Assembly: GCA_903884815.1 (NCBI GenBank)
Contig: CAISGE010000032.1
Location: 69,978 to 133,977 of the forward strand
Length of the DNA: 64,000 nt
Direction: 5' to 3'
Origin: Candidatus Omnitrophota bacterium
Lineage (GTDB): Bacteria > Omnitrophota > Omnitrophia > Omnitrophales > Aquincolibacteriaceae
The position numbers were made by a program, and so were the translations under genes. The notes under the pieces are model-generated. The model did not search any database. It was not told where the DNA came from and saw nothing but the letters and a program-made list of their open reading frames with translations. This document shows, piece by piece, positions 31,202 through 41,322 of this stretch; the stretch's first letter is position 1; each line of letters opens with the position of its first letter.

Positions 31202-32302
31202 ATGAAAATTCTCCAGCGTTACGTCCTTAAAGAACTGATCTTGCCATGTCTTTTGTGCTTCTCGGTCCTCAGCTTTATCTTTATGGCGGGCTATCTTGTC
31301 AAAGCGGCGGATATGATCATCGGCCGCGGGGTGCCGTTCACGCAGACGCTCTACGTCCTTTTGCTCGTCTTGCCCTCCATTCTGAGTTATACCGCGCCGA
31401 TGAGCCTTCTGACCGGCGTGCTGATCGTGTTCGGGAGTATGTCCCAGAACAACGAATTCCGCGCCATGAAGGCTTCCGGGGTACATCCGTTGAAATACAT
31501 GATGCCGCCGCTTTTTCTGGGATTCGCGCTGAGTATGTTCATGTTTGTTTTTAATGACCAGGTGGGGCCGCCGGCCCGCTATGAGCTTCGCCGCGCGACG
31601 AAACGGATGATCATGCAGCATCCTATGGCCTTGATCGAGCCGGGCCGTTTCGTCAAGATCAGCCCCAGTATTCTTTTTCTTGCGAAGCGGGTTGAGGGGG
31701 ATTCCATGAAGGATATTGTGGCGCATGAGGGCGTGGATTCCGATAATCCTGTCAGGACGATTGTCGCGGAAAGCGGGAAAATGGTCATGGATTCCAATAC
31801 CGGGCAATTGGAGGTTCAGCTCTCGAACGGAAGTGTTTCAGAATCCCATGGCGACGGGATCCAGTCTGTTCAGTTCAGGACCTACAAGTTCCCCACGCTC
31901 GATGAAGATGACATCCGCAAGCTGGGAAAAAAGAAAAAGGACATGACGCTGGCGGAAGTCCTTGTGGAGATCTCGGAGTTTCTTGCGGACATTTCGGGGA
32001 ATGCCGATAAAAAAGGCGTGCGGGAACTCTGGACCGTATTTCACCAGCGGATCGCATTCGCGTTCGGCTCTCTGGTGTTCGCTTTTATGGGGATCCCGAT
32101 CGCCTCGATCGTGAAACGAGGGGAAGTGGTGATCAGCTTCGGGATCTCCATGGGCGCGACGTGTCTCTATTACGTCCTTTTCGCGGTCGCCCAGACGATC
32201 GCGCTGCGCGGCGGTCTGCCCCCGATGATCTGCCTTTGGCTTCCGAACATTCTCCTGATCGGGGTCGGCTCTTTTCTCCTCCGCAAAGCCATCCTGTCCT
32301 AA
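31202..32302 (+). CDS. LptF/LptG-family permease
   Basis: IL.RY..KE, NE..AMKASG, 3 TM + periplasmic domain + 3 TM, WLPN. Confidence 0.9.
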   Translation: MKILQRYVLKELILPCLLCFSVLSFIFMAGYLVKAADMIIGRGVPFTQTLYVLLLVLPSILSYTAPMSLLTGVLIVFGSMSQNNEFRAMKASGVHPLKYMMPPLFLGFALSMFMFVFNDQVGPPARYELRRATKRMIMQHPMALIEPGRFVKISPSILFLAKRVEGDSMKDIVAHEGVDSDNPVRTIVAESGKMVMDSNTGQLEVQLSNGSVSESHGDGIQSVQFRTYKFPTLDEDDIRKLGKKKKDMTLAEVLVEISEFLADISGNADKKGVRELWTVFHQRIAFAFGSLVFAFMGIPIASIVKRGEVVISFGISMGATCLYYVLFAVAQTIALRGGLPPMICLWLPNILLIGVGSFLLRKAILS

Positions 32303-32305
32303 AAA

Positions 32306-32432
32306 AATACGAATTACGAAGCTCGAATTTCGAAACAAAACCTAATTTTAGAAATTCAAAATACCCCGTTTGGCTCATTCCGCTATCCGAATTTTGGATT
32401 TGTCTCAGATTTCGATATTCGGATTCCGGTTT
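32306..32432. repeat. Heptamer-periodic inverted repeat (element D)
   Basis: AATACGA-ATTACGA-AGCTCGA-ATTTCGA ... TCAGATT-TCGATAT-TCGGATT-CCGGTTT; between convergent genes. Confidence 0.75.
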
Positions 32433-32475
32433 GAATTCTTGCTCGGTAAATATCAAAAGGCTTATATGCGGTTGT

Positions 32476-33285
32476 TCAGCAACTGATCTTCAGATAATTC
32501 TTGATCCTGGCTTTCCAGCCGCGAAGACGTTTGGAGCAATCCTTGTCGGGCGGCGCGTTCCGCGTTCTGTTCTCCAGGACTTTTTTCGCGGCCCGGACGA
32601 ATTCTTCTAGAGCCGCCTCTTTTTTTTCAGGCAGGCGCATTTCTTGCAGGACTTGCAGGAGTCCCCACCCCTGGCCCTTGGTACGCTCACTCTCCAGGAT
32701 CCCCTCGCCTTTAAAATTCACATAATCGATCAGGGCGAACATCCCCTTGGGATCGTCCGCGATCTCTTTGAATTTTAATTCGATCGCGGGCCGTTCCGTC
32801 TCGGGGATCGTCGCGAGCATCCGGGGAAGGATCCCCTCGACCCGGAGGATGATAAATTGCGCCTGAAACCCCTGGGTCTTTTCAAGAAAATCCCTGAGGG
32901 TCGTCATGCGCTCGCTTGGCAGATCCGCGAGGAACGCCTCACGGGTCGGCCACGGCGCCACACGCTCGGGAAGCGCAGTGATCCAGGGAGGGATCGGTTC
33001 TTTTTGGACTTCCAGGAATGAGAGAAGTTCGGGAAAGAGTTCTTTGTAGGGCCCTTTAGTGCCGGCGGGATACCAGATGAAATGTCCGATCCCGAAAGAC
33101 GGGAAAGCTTCGTCAGGATTCCAGGTGGTGAGCCATTCTTTTTTTCCGGAGCATTCATTGAAGAAAATCATTTTTTGGAGGCAGCCCAGTTCATCGGCGG
33201 TCATGGGCGTGTCCAGTGGCGATGTGGCCAGGACGGGCGAAGCAAGGATCCATAAAAGCAGGAACCCAAGCGCGAATATTCTCAA
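32476..33285 (-). CDS. Exported hypothetical protein, possible lysozyme-like fold
   Basis: TTG start with GAGG RBS, signal peptide, NE...SFGIGHFIW, DYVNFKGEG, GW..R. Confidence 0.7.
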   Translation of the reverse strand: MRIFALGFLLLWILASPVLATSPLDTPMTADELGCLQKMIFFNECSGKKEWLTTWNPDEAFPSFGIGHFIWYPAGTKGPYKELFPELLSFLEVQKEPIPPWITALPERVAPWPTREAFLADLPSERMTTLRDFLEKTQGFQAQFIILRVEGILPRMLATIPETERPAIELKFKEIADDPKGMFALIDYVNFKGEGILESERTKGQGWGLLQVLQEMRLPEKKEAALEEFVRAAKKVLENRTRNAPPDKDCSKRLRGWKARIKNYLKISC

Positions 33286-33382
33286 GATGTCCTCTGGGGC
33301 GGAGGTGAAGTAATAAGCAACGGAAATCTTGGGGATTTTATCTTTGTGGCTTTTGGAAAGCAATAGAACTTAAAAGAAAATA

Positions 33383-34390
33383 TCAGATCTTCAGAAGGTG
33401 ACAGAGATCGGCGGGGGATTTGGCGATGAAGTCCGGGTGAACAGCTTCGAGTTCTTTCATGGCTTGAAAGGGATTGGACGCCAGCATCGGGAACGCAACG
33501 GATCGTATGGAGAGAGTCTCCTTGGCCCGGTTCGCGGCGAGGACATCGTCCGGAAGATCCCCGACGTAAAGGAATTTCTTTTTGGCGCCGAGGGTTTGCG
33601 CGGTTTTGATGATCGAGAAAGGATGGGGTTTCCTCAGGGATTCTTTCCGTTCGCGTTCTTCTTTTTTCACGTCATCCATGGTGGTCATGGCATCAAAGAG
33701 GTCCGCGATCCCGAAATGTTTGAGCGCGTGCGAGGCCTCATAAAGAGAACGGCCGGTCGCGATACCGAGCTTCATCCCGCGGCTTTTCATTTTTTCGAGA
33801 AGCGGCCGTTTGAAGAGGAGCTTCTCACGGTGAATGAGCCCCCGTTTTTTCCAATAGCGCATGCGGTTCATCGTGACGCGTGGGAAAATATCCTTGCCCA
33901 GATAGATCTCCTGGAAGATGCGGGCCACTTTTTCGATGGTCACCGTCGTGGGCCGTCCGAAAAGGGCGGTGATGCCCGCGACTTTTAGCGGTCTTTGTTT
34001 GATGCTCTTGGCGAACTTGTCGATATTCACTAATTTTTTAAGGCCGTCCAGGGTCCTGTTCTTGACCGGAAGCGACAAGAGATAGACCAGAAGGCCGTAA
34101 CAGCAGTCCCAATCATCATTGAGACCGCCCAAGAGCTTGAACTGGTCGACATCCTCGGAAGTCAGCAGGCTAGGAAACTTGCCTCCTGCCGAGCGGCTGA
34201 AAAAGGGAATCGGACCGTGTGTGAGGTAGAGTTCTACCGTGTCCCGGATGGCCTCAAGATAGGAGAGGCGGGTATCCACAAGAACATTATCAATATCAAA
34301 AATGACAGCGTCGGCCTGTATCTTTTCGACCGGGGGCCGCGGGGGAACGGGAGATTTTAACGGGGCTTTCTTAGAGATTTTTCGTTTCAT
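33383..34390 (-). CDS. HAD-family hydrolase
   Basis: FDIDNVL.D, NDDWD, ATGR, KPHP, YVGD..DD. Confidence 0.88.
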   Translation of the reverse strand: MKRKISKKAPLKSPVPPRPPVEKIQADAVIFDIDNVLVDTRLSYLEAIRDTVELYLTHGPIPFFSRSAGGKFPSLLTSEDVDQFKLLGGLNDDWDCCYGLLVYLLSLPVKNRTLDGLKKLVNIDKFAKSIKQRPLKVAGITALFGRPTTVTIEKVARIFQEIYLGKDIFPRVTMNRMRYWKKRGLIHREKLLFKRPLLEKMKSRGMKLGIATGRSLYEASHALKHFGIADLFDAMTTMDDVKKEERERKESLRKPHPFSIIKTAQTLGAKKKFLYVGDLPDDVLAANRAKETLSIRSVAFPMLASNPFQAMKELEAVHPDFIAKSPADLCHLLKI

Positions 34391-34439
34391 AAGGCTAGTT
34401 TACGCCCTCCCACGGGCCATGTAAAGAATGTTATTCGGA

Positions 34440-35453
34440 CTAAACTGCGAGGAATTTCTTGAAAAGAAGGATCTTTTTCGAAGAGAGGTCGAAATCAATA
34501 TCTCGGGGAAGTGAGCATCGGAATCGGGACTGTCGAAGCCCCCGACGCAGACGATCCCAGGCCTCAAAGGACAATCCGCTTTGACGGTCCAGTTTCTTAA
34601 GGGCCCTCTCGACAAGGCGAAATTGAAGGGCCGGGTGGCATTTCAGAAAAGGCGTGCGGCGTAGCTCCAGTTCTCCGGTGCGGATCTTCTTGAACGTTTT
34701 TTTCCAAGCCTTTTCTTCCAGTTCTTCGATGAGTTCGCTTTCTTCCGTGACGATCGCCGGAATGCGCGCAAGAGCTTCCGCCACGCGGGGATTGAAATCG
34801 CGCTGGAGGGAGGGGATCAATTGGAGCCGGATACGGTTCCGAAGGTACTGCGTGGAATCGTTACTGCGATCTTTCCGGAAAGTGACTTTGGCCGCACGGA
34901 GAAATAAGAGAAGATCTTTTTTCGTAAAGGCGAGAAGTGGGCGAATGAAGGAAACGCCCCGGAGGGAATGCGTCTCGCGAATCCCCTGAAGACCCCGCAA
35001 CCCTGTTCCCTGGAGGAGACGCATCAGCACGGTCTCGGCTTGATCTCCGAGCGTGTGCGCCAGGACGACCTTTTTGATCCCGAGATGTTTTGCCGTTTTC
35101 AGGAAAAAGTCATAGCGCATTTTCCGCGCGGCTTCTTCGATCGAAGTTTTTGTTGCCCGAGCTTCGCACTTCACATCCCCGGAGCCACCGTAATAATCCA
35201 GGCCGAGTTTGTGTGCAAGACCGCGGACAAACTTGGCGTCGGTCCTGGAAGCGGGGCGCAACCGGTGATCATAATGAAGGATACCGATGCGCCACCGGTT
35301 TCCCAGGGCTAGACGCGCCATCAAATGGACAAGCGCGACCGAATCCGGTCCTCCGGAACACGCGACGAGGATCCTATCGCCGGGTTTGAAGAAAGACCTG
35401 TCCCGGAGCTGTGCTTCAAAACGATGCGGAAAATCTTGCGAGGTTTGGATCAT
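34440..35453 (-). CDS. tilS: tRNA(Ile)-lysidine synthetase, short form
   Basis: SGGPDS, EEAAR..RY, AH...DQAET, IRPLL, D.SN, RN.IR. Confidence 0.94.
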   Translation of the reverse strand: MIQTSQDFPHRFEAQLRDRSFFKPGDRILVACSGGPDSVALVHLMARLALGNRWRIGILHYDHRLRPASRTDAKFVRGLAHKLGLDYYGGSGDVKCEARATKTSIEEAARKMRYDFFLKTAKHLGIKKVVLAHTLGDQAETVLMRLLQGTGLRGLQGIRETHSLRGVSFIRPLLAFTKKDLLLFLRAAKVTFRKDRSNDSTQYLRNRIRLQLIPSLQRDFNPRVAEALARIPAIVTEESELIEELEEKAWKKTFKKIRTGELELRRTPFLKCHPALQFRLVERALKKLDRQSGLSFEAWDRLRRGLRQSRFRCSLPRDIDFDLSSKKILLFKKFLAV

Positions 35454-35474
35454 GTGCTCCCTTGAGGAATAAAT

Positions 35475-35551
35475 TGGTGCCGGGGGCCAGGATTGAACTG
35501 GCGACCTAGGGCTTATGAGTCCCTCGCTCTAGCCAACTGAGCTACCCCGGC
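35475..35551 (-). tRNA. tRNA with CAT anticodon, probably elongator Met (Ile2 not excluded)
   Basis: GCCGGGGTAGCTCAGTTGGCTAGAGCGAGGGACTCATAAGCCCTAGGTCGCCAGTTCAATCCTGGCCCCCGGCACCA; cloverleaf, encoded CCA, G1-C72 paired so not initiator. Confidence 0.93.
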
Positions 35552-35927
35552 ATAAATCTAGGGCGGAAAGATGAAACCTGTTACTTCAGAAATTGAGGCG
35601 TGAGTCAATGGCCCTGACTACCTTTAATTCTCAAAAAGCCAGGATTGCGCGCCCCCGGCACAGACATGCGAAAAGGTCATTTGAGGCCGGGTATATTAAC
35701 ACAGCTTCTCGTGAACGCACAAGCACGGTTCAACGGACGGCTGTGCGGCGCGGCGGGCCAAAGGCTCCTTGCTTAAACAGCTTGGATATCTTCAAACTCC
35801 CATGCTAAACTACGGCTCCTTTGCCTCCTAAAAATGAGCACCGCATAACATTTGAAACTAGAGGTATGCGGCACAGTACTGTGAACCTCTGAAATTATAG
35901 GAGAACAGTGCTAGAGAGAGTTGAAAA

Positions 35928-37883
35928 ATGACGCCTGTTAATAAGCCAAAGAAAAATTTACAACGTCCCAAGAACGGTCGCAAGCTGCCCCCGAAACCAG
36001 GAGAGCCGGATCGTAAACGGCTGGTCGCTCTTTTTCTCATCCCTCTGGGAATTTTTCTTCTCCTTCAGATGTTCGTATTTCCCAGTTTTGAACTGAAGGA
36101 ACTCAGCTACTCTGAGTTTTACCGGATGCTCGGTCGTAACTCCGAGACCGGCGAGATCCTTTCCTGCGACTTGGTGGATAATGTCATCCAGGGGAAGATG
36201 ATCACAGGTTCTTTCTTTCAGGTGCATATCCCTTACAATGACCCTGAAATGCTTCCGATGATTCGCAAGAACGTCGCGAATTTTACCGTGACCCCGCCGC
36301 AAACCTTCTGGCGTAATTTTTTCGCGGGGATATTCCCGACGCTTCTTTTAATCGGCTTCTTCTGGTTCTTTGTGTACCGCGGCGTGCAGCAGGGAGGCGG
36401 CAAGGTTTTTTCCTTCGGGAAATCCCGCGCCAAGCTCGTCGATAAGGAAAAAAGTCCGATCACGTTCAAAGATGTCGCCGGGGTCGACGAGGCCAAGGAA
36501 GAACTCCAGGAGATCATCGAATTCTTGAAAGATCCGTTGCGCTTTACGAAACTGGGGGGGCGTATCCCCAAAGGCGTTCTCCTGATGGGGCCTCCGGGAA
36601 CGGGAAAGACCCTCCTGGCGAAGGCGGTTGCCGGCGAAGCGGAAGTGCCTTTTTTCTCCATCAGCGGCTCGGATTTTGTCGAGATGTTCGTGGGTGTTGG
36701 TGCGGCGCGTGTGCGCGATCTTTTTGAACAGGCCAAGCGCGCGGCGAAAGCAGGCGGCAAAGGCGCGATCATTTTTATCGATGAGATCGACGCGGTCGGC
36801 CGGCAGCGCTTTGCCGGGATCGGCGGGGGGCATGACGAGCGGGAGCAGACCCTTAACGCACTTCTCGTGGAAATGGACGGATTTGACACGCAGGCCGGTG
36901 TCATCCTGATCTCGTCTACGAATCGCCCGGATGTGCTGGATCCCGCGCTGCTCCGTCCCGGGCGTTTTGACCGGCAGGTTGTGGTCCCTTTGCCGGACCT
37001 GGTCGGTCGGGAAGCGATCCTGAAAGTTCATGCGATCAAGGTGAAACTGGATCCCGCGGTGGATTTCAAGACGATCGCCAAGCAAACGACTTATTTTTCC
37101 GGCGCTGACCTGGCGAATCTGGTCAATGAAGCCGCTCTTTTGGCCGCCCGTCTTAACAAGGAAACGGTCGGCATGGTCGAGCTTCAGGAATCGATCGAGC
37201 GTGTAATGGCCGGGCCACAGCGTAAGAGCAAGAAAGTTTCGGACAAGGAGCGCAAGATCGTCGCGCATCATGAAGCGGGGCACGCGCTGGTGGCGCTCAT
37301 GACGCCGGGCGCAGATCCCGTCCATAAAGTGACGATCATTCCACGCGGTTTGGCCGGCGGTTACACGGTGACCCTGCCGGAAGAGGATCGTACTTTGCAT
37401 AGCCGTACCTTCTTTCTGGCGGAAATCCCGGTTTTGATGGGGGGGCGGGTCGCCGAGGAACTTATTTTCGGAGACATTACGACCGGCGCGCATAACGATC
37501 TTCAGAAAGCCACCCATATCGCACGGGAAATGGTTTGCCGTTTCGGGATGAGCAAGAAGCTCGGGCCGGTGGTGTTCGGCAAAGAGGGCGGCGGGATGGT
37601 TTTTCTGGGTCGCGATCTCATGGATGAAAAAAATTATTCTGAGGAAACCGCGCAGGCGATCGACTCCGAAATCAAACGGATCATCGAGGAAGGCTATGAA
37701 CTCTCGAAAAAGATCCTGACGGAGAATCGCGACAAGCTCGAGGCTTTAGCTTCTTTACTCCTGGAAAAGGAAACGCTGGATGCCGAGGAGATCAAGAAAG
37801 TCACCGGTCTTCAGGTTGCGGCGGCTCCTGATGGCGGGATTGTCGCCCCGACCCTTGATCTAGGCGGGAAACCCGTCGCGTGA
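35928..37883 (+). CDS. ftsH: ATP-dependent zinc metalloprotease FtsH
   Basis: Two TM helices, [30 protein letters not shown]. Confidence 0.97.
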   Translation: MTPVNKPKKNLQRPKNGRKLPPKPGEPDRKRLVALFLIPLGIFLLLQMFVFPSFELKELSYSEFYRMLGRNSETGEILSCDLVDNVIQGKMITGSFFQVHIPYNDPEMLPMIRKNVANFTVTPPQTFWRNFFAGIFPTLLLIGFFWFFVYRGVQQGGGKVFSFGKSRAKLVDKEKSPITFKDVAGVDEAKEELQEIIEFLKDPLRFTKLGGRIPKGVLLMGPPGTGKTLLAKAVAGEAEVPFFSISGSDFVEMFVGVGAARVRDLFEQAKRAAKAGGKGAIIFIDEIDAVGRQRFAGIGGGHDEREQTLNALLVEMDGFDTQAGVILISSTNRPDVLDPALLRPGRFDRQVVVPLPDLVGREAILKVHAIKVKLDPAVDFKTIAKQTTYFSGADLANLVNEAALLAARLNKETVGMVELQESIERVMAGPQRKSKKVSDKERKIVAHHEAGHALVALMTPGADPVHKVTIIPRGLAGGYTVTLPEEDRTLHSRTFFLAEIPVLMGGRVAEELIFGDITTGAHNDLQKATHIAREMVCRFGMSKKLGPVVFGKEGGGMVFLGRDLMDEKNYSEETAQAIDSEIKRIIEEGYELSKKILTENRDKLEALASLLLEKETLDAEEIKKVTGLQVAAAPDGGIVAPTLDLGGKPVA

Positions 37884-38713
37884 TCTGGAAGATCCGAAAC
37901 AATACGGTTTCTTTTGGAAGGACCCTGATCATGGGGGTCCTGAACATCACGCCGGACTCCTTTTCAGATGGCGGATGTTATCTCGACCCTGACGCGGCGT
38001 GCGCGCAGGCGGTGAAACTGGTGGCGGAGGGCGCGGACATTCTCGATCTTGGTGCCGAATCCACGCGGCCGGGTGCGCTCCCTATCACGGAGCAGGAAGA
38101 GTTGCAGCGGCTGATGCCGGTCCTGGAGAGAATTCGCAAAGAAATCTCAGCGCCTCTTTCCATTGATACGGTCAGGCCGGAAGTCGCGAAGCGATGTCTT
38201 GAGGCCGGGGCCGACATCATCAACGATGTGAGTGGGCTAAAACGCTCCGGGCCTGAAATGGCCAAGATTGCCGGGAAGTTCGGGGCGGGGCTTGTGCTGA
38301 TGCATAGACGAGGCACGCCGACGACCATGCAGACTTTGACCGATTATGGCGATGTGGTTGCTGATGTCATAAGCGAACTTCGGGAAAGCATCCAGATCGC
38401 GACTGAGGCCGGGCTTGACCGGGAGCATCTCGTAATCGACCCGGGGTTTGGGTTCGCGAAGACGGTGAAACAGAATCTCGAGATCCTCAAAAAAATAAGC
38501 GTGTTCCATGAATTGGGGTTGCCCGTCTTGGCGGGACCCTCCCGTAAATCTTTTATCGGCCAGGTGACGGGACGCCAGGCAACGGACCGGGAGTTTGGGA
38601 CAGCCGCTTGCGTGGCGGTATGCGTGACCGGGGGAGTTCAGATTCTTCGAGTGCATGACACCGGCGCAATGTGGGATGTGATCAAAATCATAGAAGCCAT
38701 TAAGGGAATATAA
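37880..38713 (+). CDS. folP: Dihydropteroate synthase
   Basis: NITPDSFSDGG, ESTRPG, DPGFGF.K, SRKSF, RVHD. Confidence 0.96.
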   Translation: MIWKIRNNTVSFGRTLIMGVLNITPDSFSDGGCYLDPDAACAQAVKLVAEGADILDLGAESTRPGALPITEQEELQRLMPVLERIRKEISAPLSIDTVRPEVAKRCLEAGADIINDVSGLKRSGPEMAKIAGKFGAGLVLMHRRGTPTTMQTLTDYGDVVADVISELRESIQIATEAGLDREHLVIDPGFGFAKTVKQNLEILKKISVFHELGLPVLAGPSRKSFIGQVTGRQATDREFGTAACVAVCVTGGVQILRVHDTGAMWDVIKIIEAIKGI

Positions 38714-38799
38714 CAAGAACCTTCTTTTTCGTCAGGGAAGTTCCGAAATTCCAATAATATTCAACTGCCAATAACCAAACGAAATAGGCGAGGTTTCGG

Positions 38800-39537
38800 A
38801 TGAAAAAACCGATTTGGGTTTGTTTGATGTTGTTTGTTGTTGTTTTCATGATGTCGTCCGTTGTGTCGGCAGAAGAAAAGGCGGACCCGCGGCTCATTAC
38901 TGTGACCGGCGAGGCCGAAGTTCTTGTGGTCCCTGATGAGGCGGTGCTGATGCTTGGGGTGGAAACGAAGAATCAGGATCTCAATGCAGCCAAGGCCGAG
39001 AACGACAAGATCACAAAAGGTATCTTTGCCGCTATTAAGAAACTTAACATAGAAGATAAAGATGTCCAGACTGATCGTCTAAAAATCGAGCCCCGTTATA
39101 CCAATAACTACGAGACCGGGAAGCGGATCTTTCAAGGATATTTTGTCTCCAGGACCCTAGCTGTGACCTTGCGCGACGTTGGCAAGGCGGAAAATCTTGT
39201 CAGTGATGTCCTGACAGCAGGTGCCAATTACATATACAATCTTGACTTTCGGACTTCCGCGCTGAGAAAATACAGAGATCAGGCGCGCTCATTGGCGATC
39301 AAGGCGGCCCAGCAGAAAGCCAATCTGTTGGCTGCGCAACTTGAACAGACCGTAGGGAAACCGCATATGATCCGCGAAGGTTTGGAGGATGATCAAAACA
39401 TAAGTTGGAACAATAGGACCAATGCGCAGGTGCAACAGGTGGTTTCTGAGGGGCTTTCTTCGGATGCGGAAAGAACCGTGGCTCTTGGGCAGATCAAGGT
39501 AACGGCGAGTGTTACGGTAAGTTTTGAACTTCAATAA
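38800..39537 (+). CDS. SIMPL-domain (DUF541) periplasmic protein
   Basis: Signal peptide, ITVTGEAEV.V.PD.A, A...A..KA, G.I.V.ASV.V.FEL. Confidence 0.9.
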   Translation: MKKPIWVCLMLFVVVFMMSSVVSAEEKADPRLITVTGEAEVLVVPDEAVLMLGVETKNQDLNAAKAENDKITKGIFAAIKKLNIEDKDVQTDRLKIEPRYTNNYETGKRIFQGYFVSRTLAVTLRDVGKAENLVSDVLTAGANYIYNLDFRTSALRKYRDQARSLAIKAAQQKANLLAAQLEQTVGKPHMIREGLEDDQNISWNNRTNAQVQQVVSEGLSSDAERTVALGQIKVTASVTVSFELQ

Positions 39538-39562
39538 AATCCACTATTAGCGGGGGCGTAAC

Positions 39563-40312
39563 ATGTCAGGACATTCTAAGTGGGCGAGTATCAAGCATAA
39601 GAAAGCGATCGTGGACGCGAAGCGCGGCCAGATCTTCACCAAGTTCATTCGCGAGATTACGGTGGCAGCGAAAACGGGCGGTGGGGATTTGAACACCAAC
39701 CCGCGGCTGAGAACTGCCATCCAGTCTGCCAAGGATTCCAACATGCCGGCCGACAACATTGATCGCGCGATTAAAAAAGGGACGGGCGAGTTGGAAGGCG
39801 TGACGTATGAAGAGATTGCCTACGAGGGATTCGGTCCCGAAGGTGCGGCGATTCTAGTGGCCTGTCTGACGGACAATAAGAACCGGACGGCCTCCGAGGT
39901 TCGTAGCATTTTCAATAAAGGGAACGGCAATATGGGCGGCGCCGGAACGGTGGCGTGGATGTTCGAGAAAAAAGGGTTTATCGTTATCCCGAAGGACGCA
40001 ACGACCGAGGACCAGCTGATGGAGATCGCGCTCGGCGCGGGAGCCGAAGATATGACTTCGACGGATACGATGTTTGAAGTGACGACCGCGCCGCATGATC
40101 TGTGGGCGGTGCGCGAAGCCATTGATAAAGCCAAGATCAAGATCGAGAGCGCGACCCTGACCATGATCCCGAAAAATCTGGTGAGTGTGTCCGCGGACAC
40201 CGCCCGCAAAGTGATGCACTTGATCGAAGCCCTTGAGGAACACGATGACGTGCAGAATGTTTATTCGAACGTGGATATCCCCGAAGAAGTGATGAAGGAG
40301 ATCGCAGGTTGA
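39563..40312 (+). CDS. yebC: YebC/PmpR family protein
   Basis: [38 protein letters not shown]. Confidence 0.96.
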   Translation: MSGHSKWASIKHKKAIVDAKRGQIFTKFIREITVAAKTGGGDLNTNPRLRTAIQSAKDSNMPADNIDRAIKKGTGELEGVTYEEIAYEGFGPEGAAILVACLTDNKNRTASEVRSIFNKGNGNMGGAGTVAWMFEKKGFIVIPKDATTEDQLMEIALGAGAEDMTSTDTMFEVTTAPHDLWAVREAIDKAKIKIESATLTMIPKNLVSVSADTARKVMHLIEALEEHDDVQNVYSNVDIPEEVMKEIAG

Positions 40313-40333
40313 TCTTTTCGAGAAAAGACTGGG

Positions 40334-40373
40334 AAAGGGGACAGGCCCTTGTGGAGGGCTTGTCCCTTTTTTT
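40334..40373 (+). terminator. Intrinsic terminator-like hairpin
   Basis: AAAGGGGACAGGCCCTT-GTG-GAGGGCTTGTCCCTTTT followed by a T run. Confidence 0.7.
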
Positions 40374-40394
40374 CTTTAAGAGAGATGTCACGCG

Positions 40395-40913
40395 ATGCGC
40401 GTCTTAGGCGTTGACCCCGGGACGCACCGTACCGGTTTCGGGATCCTCGAGTCTAACGGCCGGGACTATAAACTGGTGATCTGCGGCACGATACGCGCGG
40501 CCTCCAAGGATCCTATCGCCAAACGTCTCCTGCATATTTTTGAATCCCTCCAAAAGAACATTCAAGGTTATCAACCCGATGTCCTGGCGCTCGAGACGCT
40601 TTTTTTTGCCAAGGACATTCGGGCCGTCGAGCGGATCGGCGAGGCGCGGGCCTGCGCCATGCTCGCAGCTTCTAAACAAGGCATCGAAGTGATAGAATAC
40701 GCTCCAACCGAGGTTAAAAAATCCGTCACTGGGAATGGTCGCGCCGCCAAGGAACAGGTCCAGTTCATGGTCAAGCGGCTTTTGAATCTTAAGGAAGCCC
40801 CGGCGCCTGATGCTTCCGATGCCTTGGCGATCGCCATGTGTCATGTGCATAATGCCAAGTGGAAAGTTAAAGAGCCGTTGACTCGTTCTTCGGAGTTTAT
40901 AAAGAAAAAATGA
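40395..40913 (+). CDS. ruvC: Holliday junction resolvase
   Basis: LGVDPG...TG.G, E..F, VK..VTG.G.A.K.QV, DA.DALAIA.CH. Confidence 0.96.
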   Translation: MRVLGVDPGTHRTGFGILESNGRDYKLVICGTIRAASKDPIAKRLLHIFESLQKNIQGYQPDVLALETLFFAKDIRAVERIGEARACAMLAASKQGIEVIEYAPTEVKKSVTGNGRAAKEQVQFMVKRLLNLKEAPAPDASDALAIAMCHVHNAKWKVKEPLTRSSEFIKKK

Positions 40914-41290
40914 TCAAAAAACACTGGCGGGCCATGATCGTTGTCATGGTTTTGCTGTTGTTGTGTTATGCGATAGGGTGGAGAGAATTTTATCCTGTTT
41001 CCGTCAAGGGAATTCGTTGGGAAAGGGAAGCTTCGCAAAATGATGCGAAGCTCATCGTTGCTTTCGATTTAGTCAATTCCCGAAAGAAGAACTTTCTCGT
41101 TGCGATGGACATCTTGTTGTATCGGCAAACGCCGAAGGGTGGGTTTTATTTAGTGGGTCAGAAACAAGTGGCGGAGAAATTAGCGGCTGGAGAAACAAAA
41201 GCGATGAAAGAGGCGCTGTCTTACCTTTATTTCCCGACAGCTTTAGTGGATTCAGTGCAGGTGAGGGTTGTAAAAGTTTCAAAAATTTAA
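40910..41290 (+). CDS. Hypothetical protein with N-terminal membrane anchor
   Basis: ATGA overlap with ruvC; hydrophobic N-terminus and beta-rich remainder; AT-richer than flanks. Confidence 0.7.
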   Translation: MIKKHWRAMIVVMVLLLLCYAIGWREFYPVSVKGIRWEREASQNDAKLIVAFDLVNSRKKNFLVAMDILLYRQTPKGGFYLVGQKQVAEKLAAGETKAMKEALSYLYFPTALVDSVQVRVVKVSKI

Positions 41291-41322
41291 AAATACACAA
41301 TGGGCAAAACGGAGCAGCTAAA

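Noticed and set aside
35593-35808. 71-aa ORF between the tRNA and ftsH
   Set aside because: TTG start with no RBS and no recognisable features; more likely a divergent promoter region.
35475-35930. tRNA as integration site of a genomic island
   Set aside because: No integrase and no duplicated tRNA 3' end; flanked by housekeeping genes.
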